From Mobula hypostoma (taxonomy: Eukaryota): 64,000 nucleotides of DNA. Of this stretch, positions 48,005 through 59,879 are shown one piece after another. The stretch is taken from the NCBI RefSeq assembly GCF_963921235.1, contig NC_086097.1:186498001-186562000 (forward strand), read 5' to 3'. Within the stretch, counting starts at the first letter, position 1. Every line of letters begins with the position of its first letter. Position numbers and translations under genes: made by a program. The notes beneath the pieces were generated by a model. The model ran no database searches. It was given only the letters and a program-made list of their open reading frames with translations, and was not told the DNA's origin.

Positions 48005-48795
48005 GTTATTTGAATGAATGGCTGAGAAGATGGTGCAGGGGGCAGGGTTTTAAATTCTTGGATTATTGGTACCTTTTCTGGGGAGGGGTGACCTGTACAA
48101 GAGCAAGAGGATAACTAGGGAGAGGGTGGGACTACTCAAGAATAACAGGGGCAACATCTGCGTGGATGCAGAGGATGTGAGTCAGGTACTCAATGAGTAC
48201 TTCACTTCAGTATTTACCAAGGAAAGGGACTTGGAGGACCAGGAGATCAGTGCTGAGTATATAAATATGTTAGGGCATTCGGAGGTCAAGGAGGAGGAAT
48301 CAATGCGCCTCCTAATGAGTACTAAAGTGGCTAAGTCCCCAGGGCCTGATGGGATTTACCCCAGCTCATTGAAGGAGGCAAGAGACAAGACTTCTGGGGC
48401 CTTGACCAGTATCTTTATGCCCTCTCTAGGTACAGGCAAGGTCCCAGAGGGCTGATGAGTAGCTAATGTTGTACCTCTATCTAAGAAGAAAACAAGGAAA
48501 ATCCCGGGAACTATAGACTAGTGAGTCTCAAATCAGTTGTAGAGAAATTGTTGGAGAAAATTCCTAGGAATAGGATATGTGAGAATTTGGAAACCCATGG
48601 CCAAATTGGGGAGAAGACCAGGAAATGGGACTGAGGAGGGTGAAAAAAGGATCAGCCATGATTAAATGGTGGAGCAGACTCACTAGGCCAAATAGCCTAA
48701 TTCTGTTCCTATGTTTTATGGTCTAATTAGGGAGAGCCAGCATGACTTTGTGCAGGACAGGTGGCGTCTTAGCAAATAGATTGAGTTTTTGGAAA
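48005..48795 (+). mobile_element. CR1 mosaic fragments (ORF1 piece joined to ORF2, short nested tail)
   Basis: ORF 48066..48455 ..VLNEYFTSVFTKE..KSPGPDGIYP. Confidence 0.8.
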
Positions 48796-49548
48796 ATCAG
48801 ATTATTATTTAAATGGTAAAAGATTGCAGCATTCTGCTATGCAGAGGGTCTTGGGAGTGTTTGTGCATGAATCACAAAAGGTTAGTTTGTAGGTGCAGCA
48901 GGCTATCAAAAAGGCAAATGGAATGTTGGCCTTCATTGCTAGAGGGATTGAAATTAAGAGCTGGAAGGTTATGCTGCAACTGTACAGGGTACTGCATGCA
49001 GTTCTGGTCTCCTTGCTTGAGGAAGAATATATTGGCTTTGAATGTGGTGCAGAGGAGATTCAGCAGGTTGATTCCAGAGATAAGGTGTCTAGACTATGAG
49101 GAGAGATTGAGTCGCCTGAAACTGTACTCGCTGGAATTCAGGGGGATGACAGGGGATCTTACAGAAACATATAAAATTATGAAAGGGGTACATAATATAC
49201 AGACAGGCAAATTGTTTCCACTGGTAGATGAGACTAGAACTAAGGGACATGACCTCAAGGTTTGAGGGAGTAAAGTTAGGACAGAGATTAGGAGGAACTG
49301 CTTTTCCCAAAGAGTGGTGAATCCGTGGAATTCTATGCCCAATGAAGCAGTTGAGGTTACCTCAGTAAAGATATTTAAGCTAAAGTTGGATAGATTTTTG
49401 AATAGTCGGGGAATTAAGGATTATGGGGAAAAGGCAGGTAGGTGGAGATGAGTCCATGGTCAGATCAGCCATGATCTTATTGAATGGTGGAACAGGCTCA
49501 ATGGGCCAGATAGCCTACTTCTGCTCCTATTTCTTATGTTCTTATGTT
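48796..49548 (+). mobile_element. CR1 3' portion
   Basis: IKKANGMLAFIARGIE; QFWSPCLRKNILALNVVQRRFSRLIP; (TTATGTTC)n tail. Confidence 0.9.
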
Positions 49549-49689
49549 CCTTCAGGAGTAAATGAACCACTAAAACATATTCAAGTCCTTGTCTAAAAAT
49601 TGCAGTGTAATCATCTACCTATAGTCGATGATTCTTATGTTAGAATCATACTGTAACAGCAAAACTGCTCAATTTTGCAGTCTGGAGTC

Positions 49690-50000
49690 AAAATTGGACT
49701 TATATCACTGACTTATGATGTAAAATTTGTTGATTTGTAGTAGCAGTAAGTGCAGACAAAACAATCTAAGTTACAAAATAAAAGTGCAAAAAATGGAATT
49801 ATAAGGCAGTGTCTGTCGGTTCATGGACTGTTCAGAAATCTGATGGCAGGGGGAAGAAGCTGTTTCTAAATCCTAGAGTGTGGGTCTTCAGGCTCCTGTT
49901 CCTCCTCTCTGGTGGTAGTAATAAGAAGAGGGCCTGTACTGGATAGTGAGGGTCCTTAATGTTATTATCTTTATGTTAAATGCCACCCTTCTTGAAAATG
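49690..50000 (-). mobile_element. Rex1-like 3' tail fragment
   Basis: AGAAATCTGATGGCAGGGGGAAGAAGCTGTT..CTTCAGGCTCCTGT, as at 460-530. Confidence 0.7.
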
Positions 50001-51679
50001 CCTGCTTTTGGAACCAAAAATTGTGATCCATGAGAACAAATGATCTACCTATTCAAAAGGTATGGACTACCTCAATAACCAAATATATTTGCCTCTCTTA
50101 AAAACTCTGTGCTTTAACTCAAAGTATCACTTGCTAGCTTTAGTAAGCTAGTAGATGTTTGGTGATGTGCTAAAATTAATCAATTGTTTTCTGCTGCACA
50201 TTAATCTCATTCTTCAGGAAATGGTGAAAACTTTTACTGGGTTTGGCGCAATCTGGAATGATATTGAATCATTCCTAAAAACAGAAGAAAAGGCTCTGGG
50301 GAATTCTTTGGAAACTTTGTCTTTAAGGATTTCAGCATTTTAATATCTACCAACAGAACCAGTTTCATAACTAACTGAATAAAAGCACATTTTAGACTGT
50401 TTCAATTACATGTTGTGATGTTGCAATCACTCCATTCTTTTTTCAAAGTATGCTAATTATCCTTTGCATTAACTATAGTGGTGATATTCTTAGTTGCATA
50501 AGTGATTATTGAAGCTTTGCAATACTTTTCGTGGTGGACTGAAAGTTGTTTAAGGTTTTAATTTGCATAGTAAGTGAGTGTGGGAGAGGGATGTTTTGTA
50601 TGTATTGCTAGGTAGTACTCCTGTCTTTATCCATACCCAACTGCACTAAAACAAATGACCAATCAAGTTTTGTAGAACGTTTGGATCCTCCCAACTACAC
50701 ATGTAAATCCCAGGAAACTAGTGAAGCATATTATTCATCAACAATTGTTTGATTCAAGATTACCTTGTTGCGGTCACACAATCATACAGTTTTATTGGAA
50801 TTGCTCTTTCAGCTATTTTGAGCATTTCTTTTCAATATCTCAAGCTCTTTTTTCACTAGTTTTAAATGGAAATAAGAACAGAGCTTGATTTATAATATAT
50901 GAGTCTGAAAATAGTCTATTCAAAATGTTCCTGCTCTCTGATAATTTCTATGAAGCGATTTTTGTAGAGTTCATTATGTTTAAAGAAAAGTGTTTTCAAA
51001 TATGACACTGGCAAATTTGCCAATGCTGAATATGCCATTTTAATTGGGTTTCAATTTGACAGCTACGCAGGTAGATTAGTGCAGTCAACCACAATTATTT
51101 GTAACTCAAGACACAAATGAACATAGCTTGCTATATATTACAGCTGCCCTAAAATATTCAGTATTTCTCCTGAATCAGCTCTAAGACAAATAGGTCCTTC
51201 TTACTGATGGTCAATGCCAAAATGCTAATTGTAGCTGGAACTATTTGCAGTAACTTGAAGTCGTGTTGCCATGCGCAAGAGTTGTGCATGGTGTTTTATT
51301 CAAAATAATCCAGTGTCATCTGTTGTAGTTTACTCTGTACTGCTTTCCCATGAATTTTTATCAGACACCTCTGCAATACCGTTATGCAGGAAAAAAAATG
51401 TATCAGTTGGCTTGTTCCAATGTTTCCCTCTGCATGAGTGACAGTCACTTTAAAAGAACAATTACATGAGGAATAACTACCATTACAATGGTGACAGATA
51501 CACACTTGTCACCTGATGTTGCCCGATTTCTGGACCATAGCTCTGAATTGCCCAATGACTGCAAGCTACTGTTGCAATCATTGCAGCAAAAGACAATTCC
51601 CTAGCACTTTTGACTGCCGTCTCCAAGTAAGTGCAATCCTATGAGCCAAATTGTAGTTGGAACTATTTTCCTGTGGAGC

Positions 51680-52241
51680 ATCAAGAAAGCTCACCTCTGT
51701 CCCAGGATACTGACAGACTTTTACCGCTGTACCATTGAGAGCATACTCACCAACTACATCTCAGTGTGGTATGGCAATTGTCTCGTATCGGACCGCAAAG
51801 CACTCTAGCGTGTGGTGAAAACTGTCCAGTGGATTATCGGCACCCAATTGCCCACCATTGAGAACATCTACCATAAATGCTGCCTGGGCAGGGTGAAAAA
51901 CATTATCAAGGATGCATCTCACCCTAACCATGGACTTTTTACTCTCCTCCCATCCAGTAGGCGCTACAGGAGCCTCCGCTCCCGCACCAGCAGGCACAGG
52001 AAGAGCTTCTTCTCTGAGGCTGTGACAGTGATGAATCTCACATCACAGCACTAAGCAGTATTGCATCCATATTGTACTGTCTCAGTACTTTTACATTTGT
52101 GTGCTGTAGCACTTACTTTTTATTCACAGTTATTTTGTAAATAACACTATTCTTTGCATTTCTGGTCAGATGCTAACCGCATTTCATTGGCTTTGTATCT
52201 GTACTCAGCACAATGACAATAAAGTTGAATCTAATCTAATC
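51680..52241 (+). mobile_element. Young Rex1-like LINE 3' end with (TCTAA)n tail
   Basis: ILTDFYRCTIESILT..VWYGNC; ORF 51812..52054 IIKDASHPNHGLFTLLPSSRRYRSLRSRTSR; GACAATAAAGTTGAATCTAATCTAATC. Confidence 0.92.
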
Positions 52242-53035
52242 AAATGTGAAGCTTAAACTAGATACTCAAAACGTGAACTAAAAACTCTCAACTTCTAATA
52301 TCTTGAAAGGTCATTCAACGTAATATTCTTTGTATAGTGCCCCATCTTCTTAAGTAACTGGGTTGAAGAATCATTCCAATTTTTGGACTCTTGGCTTTGC
52401 AGAACGCCAAGTTAGTGACTGTGTATTTGTTTCAGAGCTTATTTCGTGGGTGTGATTGACTTTGCTTCATTCTGTTACAACAGTATTGAATGCCTATGCA
52501 TTTTCAATACTTTTCTCCCTTGAGAATGTTATTGACCATTGGAAACATCTCTATACTCTCAGTGCAAGTTGTGACTGATACATGTGCCTTGTAACTCCAG
52601 GCTACAAAAGTCTGATTTGTTCTGACACCCCATTTTCTATTATTTTCTTTTCCTGAAAGAGTTGCCACTGTATTACTGAGTGTTTGCACCTTGCACCACC
52701 ATGCTGAACTGTATTGCAGGCCAACAAAAGTCCCTGGCACACATGCATGTCTCTGTTAATGTAGTATCACATTGGCTATCAGAGCCTCTGAGAGTTCAGC
52801 TGCACAAAGATCACACTGCCACGTTTGTTCTTCTTGCATAATTTGCACATAATACATCTTGGAAGAGCAAGGGTTCACAATTCCAAATGCATAACAGATT
52901 ATACATGCTGCACAGTAGAAACATGTTCCTGCTGTAGCCCAGCATGAAATCTGCCTGGATGCCCCTGAACTGTGTCTTTCACAGTCTTTTTAAGTGTGAG
53001 AATTTCCAAGTAGACTACTCCTTCTGCATTCAGCG

Positions 53036-54225
53036 TCATAGAACAATAAAGCACAGATAAAGGCACTTTGGTCCAACAAGGCTATGCCAACCACTGTGCT
53101 CACCCAGCTCATTCCAACTTCCTGCATTCTGACTATACCCTGCTAAGCCCTGTCCTTCTCTATCTATCCAAGTACTTCCTAATGATACTATTGTGCCTGC
53201 ATCAATCACATGGTCTGGCAACTTGTTCCATTTATTCACCACCCTCTGCGTGAAAGAGTTGTCTTTCAGTTCCTTTTAAATCTGTTCCCCCTCACCCTAA
53301 CCCTAAACACACTAGTTTTGGACTACACTCCTATACAAAGATAGCTGGAGGGACAAGTAGTATTGAGGATACATGGAGTCTGCAGAAGTCCTGGACAGAT
53401 TAGGAGAATGGGCAAAGAAGTGGCAGATAGAATATAGTGTGAGGGAGTGAATGGTAATGCACGTTGGTAGAAGGAATAAAGGCGTAAACGTGGCGTGAAT
53501 TCAGAAATCAGATGTGCAAAGGATTGTTGGAGTCCTAGTGCAGGATTCTCTAAAATTTACCTTGCAGGTTGAGTCAGAGGTAAGGAAGACAAATACAATG
53601 TTATCATTCATTTCCAGAAGACTAGAATATAAAAACAAAGATATAATACTGAGGTTTTTAAGCCATTGGTCAGACCACATTTGGGGTATTGTGAGCAATT
53701 TTGGTCCCAATACCTATCAGAGGATATGCTGGCTTTGGAGACACTCCAGAGGAAGTTTACAAGAATAATTCCAGGTATGAAAGGGTTGATAGAAACATAG
53801 AACATAGAAAATCTACAGCACAATATAGGCCCTTCGGCCCACAAAGCTGAGCCAAAGATGTCCTTACCTTAGAACTACTTAGTTTTACTCATAGCCCTCT
53901 ATTTTTCTAAGCTCCATGTACCTGTTCTGGAGTCTCTTAAAAGACCCTCTCAGTTCCGCCTCCACCACCGCCGCCGGTAGCCCATTCCACGCACTCATTA
54001 CCCTCTGCGTAAAAAAACTTACACCAGACATCCCCTCTGTACCTACTTCCAAGCACCTTATAGCAAAGGTTGATAAGTTGCTAATTAGTAAAGGGCTCAA
54101 ATGTGATGGGGAGAAGGCAGGTGAATGTTGACGAGAGTGGGGGAATGATTTTGCAATGCTCAAATGGCAGAGCAGACTTTATGAGCAGAATGCCCTAATT
54201 CTGCTCCTATGTTTTATAGCCTTCT
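53036..54225. mobile_element. Cluster of CR1 3' fragments in both orientations
   Basis: Minus tail 53036-53330; plus ORF2 C-terminus 53335-53790 and 54060-54225; nested minus tail 53789-54060. Confidence 0.85.
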
Positions 54226-54689
54226 GTCCTATTTAGATTGCTTTGTTTTGGGTTTGCCAAATCTACTGAATTTGTCCTGTCTTTCAAACTTCTCAACTTG
54301 AATTAGAAGTACCTATTGAAACTGAGGTTAGTTTATGCTCAGCAACAATAGTAAAGCCAGATTTTGGACTCTGGATCTGCAGTAACAATGGATGGAAATA
54401 ATGACGAGTAAGGTGTTCATTATGTCTGATTGATGTTGGGCCCAAAGCCATTCAGACAGAAATATATTGATTTGTTTTCTTTCAATTCAATAAAGACTCT
54501 ATTCTGAAGTTTACAGTTCATCACTTGTAAATAGAGTACTCAGTATTTCTGAAATAACAGATTAAACCCTCAAGAAAGTCACCAGGTAAAAATGGTAAAT
54601 AAGAATGATGCTGCAAGTTTTATCATACCAGGAAAATTAATGTTTAGGAATTAATTTTGTAATTAACAACAGAATCAACAAGCTCAAGC

Positions 54690-55093
54690 CAGTGATGTGG
54701 TGGGGATGGAACTGGACTCTCTCACAGTGGTGTCTGAAAAGAGGATGTTGTCTAAGTTGCATGCCATCTTGGTCAATGTTTCCCATCCACTACATAATGT
54801 ACTGGGTGGGCACAGGAGTACATTCAGCCAGAGACTCATTCCTCCGAGATGCAACACGGAGCATCATAGGAAGTCATTCCTGCCTGTGGCCATCAAACTT
54901 TACAACTCCTCCCTTGGAGGGTCAGACACCCTGAGCCAATAGCTTGGACCTGGACCTATTTCATAATTTACTGGCATAATTTACATATTACTATTTAACT
55001 ATTTATGGTTCTATTACTATTTACCATTTATGGTGCAACTGTAACGAAAACCAATTTCCCCCAGGATCAATAAAGCATGACTGACTATGACTA
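54690..55093 (+). mobile_element. Rex1/Babar-like LINE 3' end (second subfamily)
   Basis: ORF 54697..54942 LSKLHAILVNVSHPLH..FSQRLIPPRCNTEHHRKSFLPVAIKLYN; AATAAA followed by TGACT-type tail. Confidence 0.85.
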
Positions 55094-56079
55094 AATGATA
55101 AAGTCAGAGATAATTTATAAAAATGTTAAATTATAATTGAAATTTATTAGATTGTTAAATTTCAATTTAATTATGCTGTTGATTCCCGAGTTCACATTTG
55201 ATCAAATTGGCAAATATTGCCAATTTTTTTAAACGAGCATAAAGTTTCAGGGCTTGAATTTGTTTATAATCAATTGGCTTTCAGTACAATGGGTAAATAT
55301 TGCATTCATATGTTAACTCACAATAGTTTCTCCCAGGTACTTATTATCAATACAGTTGAGATTTGGAGCAGGAATACTCCTCTTCATAGTTATGCCGGGG
55401 CAAGGAAAATCCAACATGTTAGAATTTAAAACATTGTAGCTATTAAAGGGATATTTTCTCTTGAAAAACCATGGACAGGAGGAGTCTAATGTTCAAGAAT
55501 GAATAGAAGCTTTAACAATGCTTGCTGTTGAGGGGATCACCAGATACTTGGACACATCTGAAGAGAATTCAGAGCCAGGAGAGCATAACTATTAGGAGCT
55601 GAAGGTTGGAAGCCCATTAAGAGACAGTTGAAGCAATGTGGTACATTGTGGCAATGGCAGTTTGCGTTTGTTTTTGTGAGTACCATCTCTGCCGCGATTG
55701 CACTGCCTTAGTTTATGGAAGGTTACATTGTAAGAGTGTTTAAGGTGTGGTGGCAGTCTAAGTTCAAACTACATTTATTATCAAAGTATGTATGCATTAT
55801 AGAACCTTGAGATTCATCTCCTAACATCCACTTCTTGTACAAATGATAAACATAATCCAGAGAGTATTGATGAAATGTTTTGACCTAAAACATTACTTCT
55901 GTTTCTTTCTCCACTGATGCTGTCTCAACCTCTGAGTATTTCTATTTTATCTCAGATTTCCAGCATCCTTTTAGCATAATCTTATTTTTATTATCGGCAA
56001 CCAGGCATCTGAGGAGCTCGTTTATTTCAAGAAACACTTGAGAACAGCAGCACCATTTCACTGGTCACCAGGAGATCTC

Positions 56080-56212
56080 AAACAAGAGAAAATCTGCAAT
56101 GCTGGAAATCTGAACAACTTGCACAAAATACTGGAGGAAATCATCAAGCCAGGCAGCCTCCATAGAAAAGAGAACAGTCGACGTTTCGAGCTGAAACCCT
56201 TCAGCAGGACCC
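56080..56212 (-). mobile_element. Penelope-like terminal fragment carrying a minimal hammerhead-like motif
   Basis: Minus strand GGTC-CTGCTGA-AGGGTTTCAGCTC-GAAACGTC-GACTG at 56175-56211. Confidence 0.8.
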
Positions 56213-56869
56213 TTCACTAGGAGATCTGTTGGTTTACAGGCTCCTTCTGAGTGGGTAATCCACATTTCACATGTGAGTAACTGTTCAGACATTTAATAGA
56301 GAGATAAAAACAGCATGACCTGCTCATTGGAAGAAGTTTCTTGCAAGTTGAAAAACTTTCTGAAGAGAGTAACCGTTGCAGGGATAATTTTAATCTTAAA
56401 ACGAAAGACTGACATTGTAGAGATGTGGAAAATTGTCTACGTGTCCTGTTCAGAAAATGGAGACACAAGAGATCCTGTAGATGCTAGAAATCTTGAGCAA
56501 TTCGCAAAAAATTCTGGAACATGCTGAATTCTTCCAGTGTTTTGTGTGTGTTGTTCTTGTTCACAAAATAGAGTAAGGGTCCAATCGACCCAGTCATCAG
56601 AGTATGGACGAATACTGCTTACCTACAACACTTAGTCATCACAAGCCTCTCACCAATGGCCAGAAATACTAACAACAAAAGCTGGAAAAACTCAGCAGGC
56701 CTGGCAGCATCTGCAAAAACAGATGCAAAGTTAGTTTCAGGCTGAAGACCTGTCATCACCTCTGGCTTATTACAACTTTTGTTTGTTATTGGAAATAATT
56801 TGGAATATGTGTAGCTTGGGTGGTTAATGGTTAGATTAAATTGTTCTCTTGATCTTCATGGGTAGAGAC

Positions 56870-57244
56870 TACTCCAAGAATGTAGGATTTCAGTCATGCA
56901 CAAGCTAACAACAACATTGAGGAGTGTACTTTGCAGACCAAAAGAACAAACTGAGCTATTAGACAAGGCCAATGAGGTCTACAAAATCCAATGCAGGCAC
57001 TGCAGCAAATATTACATTGGCAAAACTGGGAGAAATCTATCCACAAGGACCCACGAATATCAACTGACAGTAAAGCAGTATGACCAACTCTACCCAGTCT
57101 CTACTCATGAAGATCGAGAGAAACACATATTCAATTGGATATCAGTGAAAGTCACAGCACAGTGGAATACATGACATGCAAGAGAATTTCTAGAAGCATG
57201 GTTTTCTGCAAACATTTCTGTAAATAAACACATAGACCTTAGAT
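56870..57244 (+). mobile_element. Penelope-like GIY-YIG endonuclease fragment (second family)
   Basis: ORF 56896..57174 ANEVYKIQCRHCSKYYIGKTGRNLSTRTHEYQ; followed by REFLEAW. Confidence 0.85.
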
Positions 57245-58435
57245 AAGACATAAGACATAGGAGCAGAATTAGGCATTCAGCCCTTTGAGTCTGCTCTGCC
57301 ATTCCATCACTGTTGATCCTGGATTCCACTCAACCCCGTACACCTGCCTTCTTGCCATATCCTTTGATGCCCTGACCGATTAGCAAATGATCAACTTCTA
57401 CCTTAAATATACACACGGACTTGGCCTCCATCGCAGTCTGTGGCAGAGCATTCCACAGATTTACTACTCTCTAGCTAAAAAAAAAGTTCCTCCTTACCAC
57501 TGTTCTAAAGGCCGTGCCCTCTCATTTTTGAAGCTGTGCCCTCTGGTTCTAGATACCCTCACCACAGGAAACATCATCTCCACATCCACCCTATCTAGTC
57601 CTTTCAACTTTCAGTAGGTTTCAATGAGACCTGCCCCCCCGCCATATTCTTCTAAGTTCCAGTGAGTACAGGCCCAAAGCTGCCAAATGCTCCTCATATG
57701 TTAACCACTTCATTCCCAGAATCATCCTCGTGAACCTGCTCTGGACTCTCTCCATTGACAGTGAGTACAGGCCCAAAGCTGCCAAATGCTCCTCATATGT
57801 TAACCACTTCATTCCCAGAATCATCCTCGTGAACCTGCTCTGGACTCTCTCCATTGACAATACATCCTTTCTGAGATATGTTGACAATATATTGTCCAAA
57901 ACAGTTGACAATACTCCAAGTGCAGCCTTACCAGTGTCTTATAAAGGCTCAGCATTATCTTCTTGCTTTTATATTCTATTTCCCTTGAAATAAATGCCAA
58001 CATTGCATTTGCCTTCTTTACCACGGACTCAACTTGTAAATTAACCTTTTGGGAGTCTTGCACAAGGACTCCTAAGTCCCTCTGTACCTCTGATGTTTGA
58101 ACCTTCTCCCCATTTAGATAATAGTCCACACTATTGTTCCTTTACCAAAATTTCACAACACTGTATTCCACCTGCCATTTTTTGCCCATTCTTCCAATTT
58201 GTCTAAGTCCTGCTGCAATCGCATTGTTTCCTCAGCACTACCTACCCTTCCACCTATCTTCGTATCATCTGCAAACTTTGCCACAAAGCCATCAATTCCA
58301 TTACCTAAATTATTGACAAACAAAGTGAAAAGCAATGATCCCAATACTGACCATCGAGGACCACTAGTCACCAGCAGCCAACCAGAAAAGGACCATTTTA
58401 TTCCCACTCACTGCCTCCTGCCTGTCAGCCATTCC
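57245..58435 (-). mobile_element. CR1 RT to tail with internal 99-bp duplication
   Basis: ORF 58153..58407 FVAKFADDTKIGG; ORFs 57821..58129 and 57621..57911. Confidence 0.92.
57661..57858. repeat. Perfect 99-bp tandem duplication
   Basis: 57661-57759 equals 57760-57858; SMERVQSRFTRMILGMKWLTYEEHLAALGLYSL appears twice in ORF 57621..57911. Confidence 0.95.
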
Positions 58436-58645
58436 ATAGGAAGCAACAAAATTCTACAGGAGGAACTCAGCAGGCTGAGAAGCAACTGTGGGGCAAAGGA
58501 ATTGTTAATGTTTTAGGTTAATTATCTGCATCAAGATTCCAAGGTTTGAATCCAAGACATCACCCATTCATTTCTCCCCTAACTGCTGCTCAACCTACTG
58601 AATACCTTCAGTAGATTGTTTGTTGCTCTAGTTTCCAACACAGGA

Positions 58646-58955
58646 GGGGCATCACAGTAGTGTAGCTGTTAGTGTGATGCTATTACAGCTCAAAGTGTTC
58701 CAAAATTCAGAGTTCCTTTCTGGTGCTGTCTATAATGGAGTTTGTATATTCTCCCCGTGAGTGTGTGGGTTTCCTGCTGGTGCTCTGGTTTCCTCCCACA
58801 GTCCAAAGAAGATGTACTAGTTAGTAGTTTAATTTATCAGTGTAAATTGCTCTGTGATTAAGCTAAAGAATGTTAAAATAGGTGTTTAACTGGGAGGTGC
58901 AGTTCAAAGGGCCATATGGGCTGTTCCATGTATATATCTAAATAAATAATAAATA
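58646..58955 (+). mobile_element. V-SINE-like tRNA-derived SINE
   Basis: tRNA-like head GGGGCATCACAGTAGTGTAGCTGTTAG; core GTTTGTATATTCTCCCCGTG..GGTTTCC..GGTGCTCTGGTTTCCTCCCACA; (TAAA)n tail. Confidence 0.8.
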
Positions 58956-59879
58956 ATTCGGCAGCCACTTGTGTCTCAGTCTCATGGGATGTTCTGCAGT
59001 GCAGAGTACAAGAAGATAAGATACCAAGAATCGTAGTGTAAGTTTCGGACCCATACTTGGTGCTTATTGTAAAATCTGGACAAAATTAGTGTAATATAAA
59101 AATTTTATTCCTAGACGATAACAAGAAATTGTTTTGATATTGCACCCTTTGCATGTTGCCTCTGAGCTCAGCTCATCATATCTTTTCTCTGTTCCCATTA
59201 ATATTGAGCATTGAGCTATGCTGATTGAGACTGACTCACATGTCAACCCAAAAGATTTCCTGTAAGAGATGCACTTTATTTCTCCTCTTACCTTGGCGCT
59301 CAACTCCAGTTTATAAGGAACAAAGAGAAAAGCAGCTCACAGACACTTGAAGGGAATTGTGGGCCATGGATGCAGCAGAGTCTATTCTTTACCATTTTAG
59401 TAATGTTGAAGCCACACAATCAAACCTAGAAAATTATTTTAACAATAACTCAGGACCAAGTGATGAAAGAAGGAAAAGTACTGGTAACCAAGGCAACTCA
59501 ATCTGCGTTAAAGATGAAAGTGTGAAGTAAGATTGATCTCATCTTAATAATAATAATACCACATGAGTTCCATGTATCTGGCCAAGTTATCACAATTTTA
59601 AGTTTAATGCATAGATATTCCAGGTCTGTGTATTCTGCCCAAAAACATCAACTGTAGAACCTAGAATTCCTCTCTCTAAATATGTTTTCAATGGAAATTT
59701 TCAGAAATGAAGCAAGTTGCAATAAAGAGGATGCAACTGTTGGGTTGAAAGGTTTTTAATTTGATTGCACACAGAGTAAACAATTCCACAATACTTTATG
59801 GAGCCTTATAAAGAATAGACAAAACAACCTGCATTTTTTGCTTGTTCTACAGCTCACTAGCTTCACAATTCTCCACTAA

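Noticed and set aside
57661..57858. CRISPR-like or coding repeat array
   Set aside because: Only two adjacent units, no spacers, inside a vertebrate LINE.
58646..58720. tRNA gene
   Set aside because: Degenerate tRNA-derived SINE head followed by a V-SINE-like core; no cloverleaf evident.
59230..59330. Two minus-strand micro-exons
   Set aside because: The implied intron is only about 30 nt, too short for vertebrate splicing.
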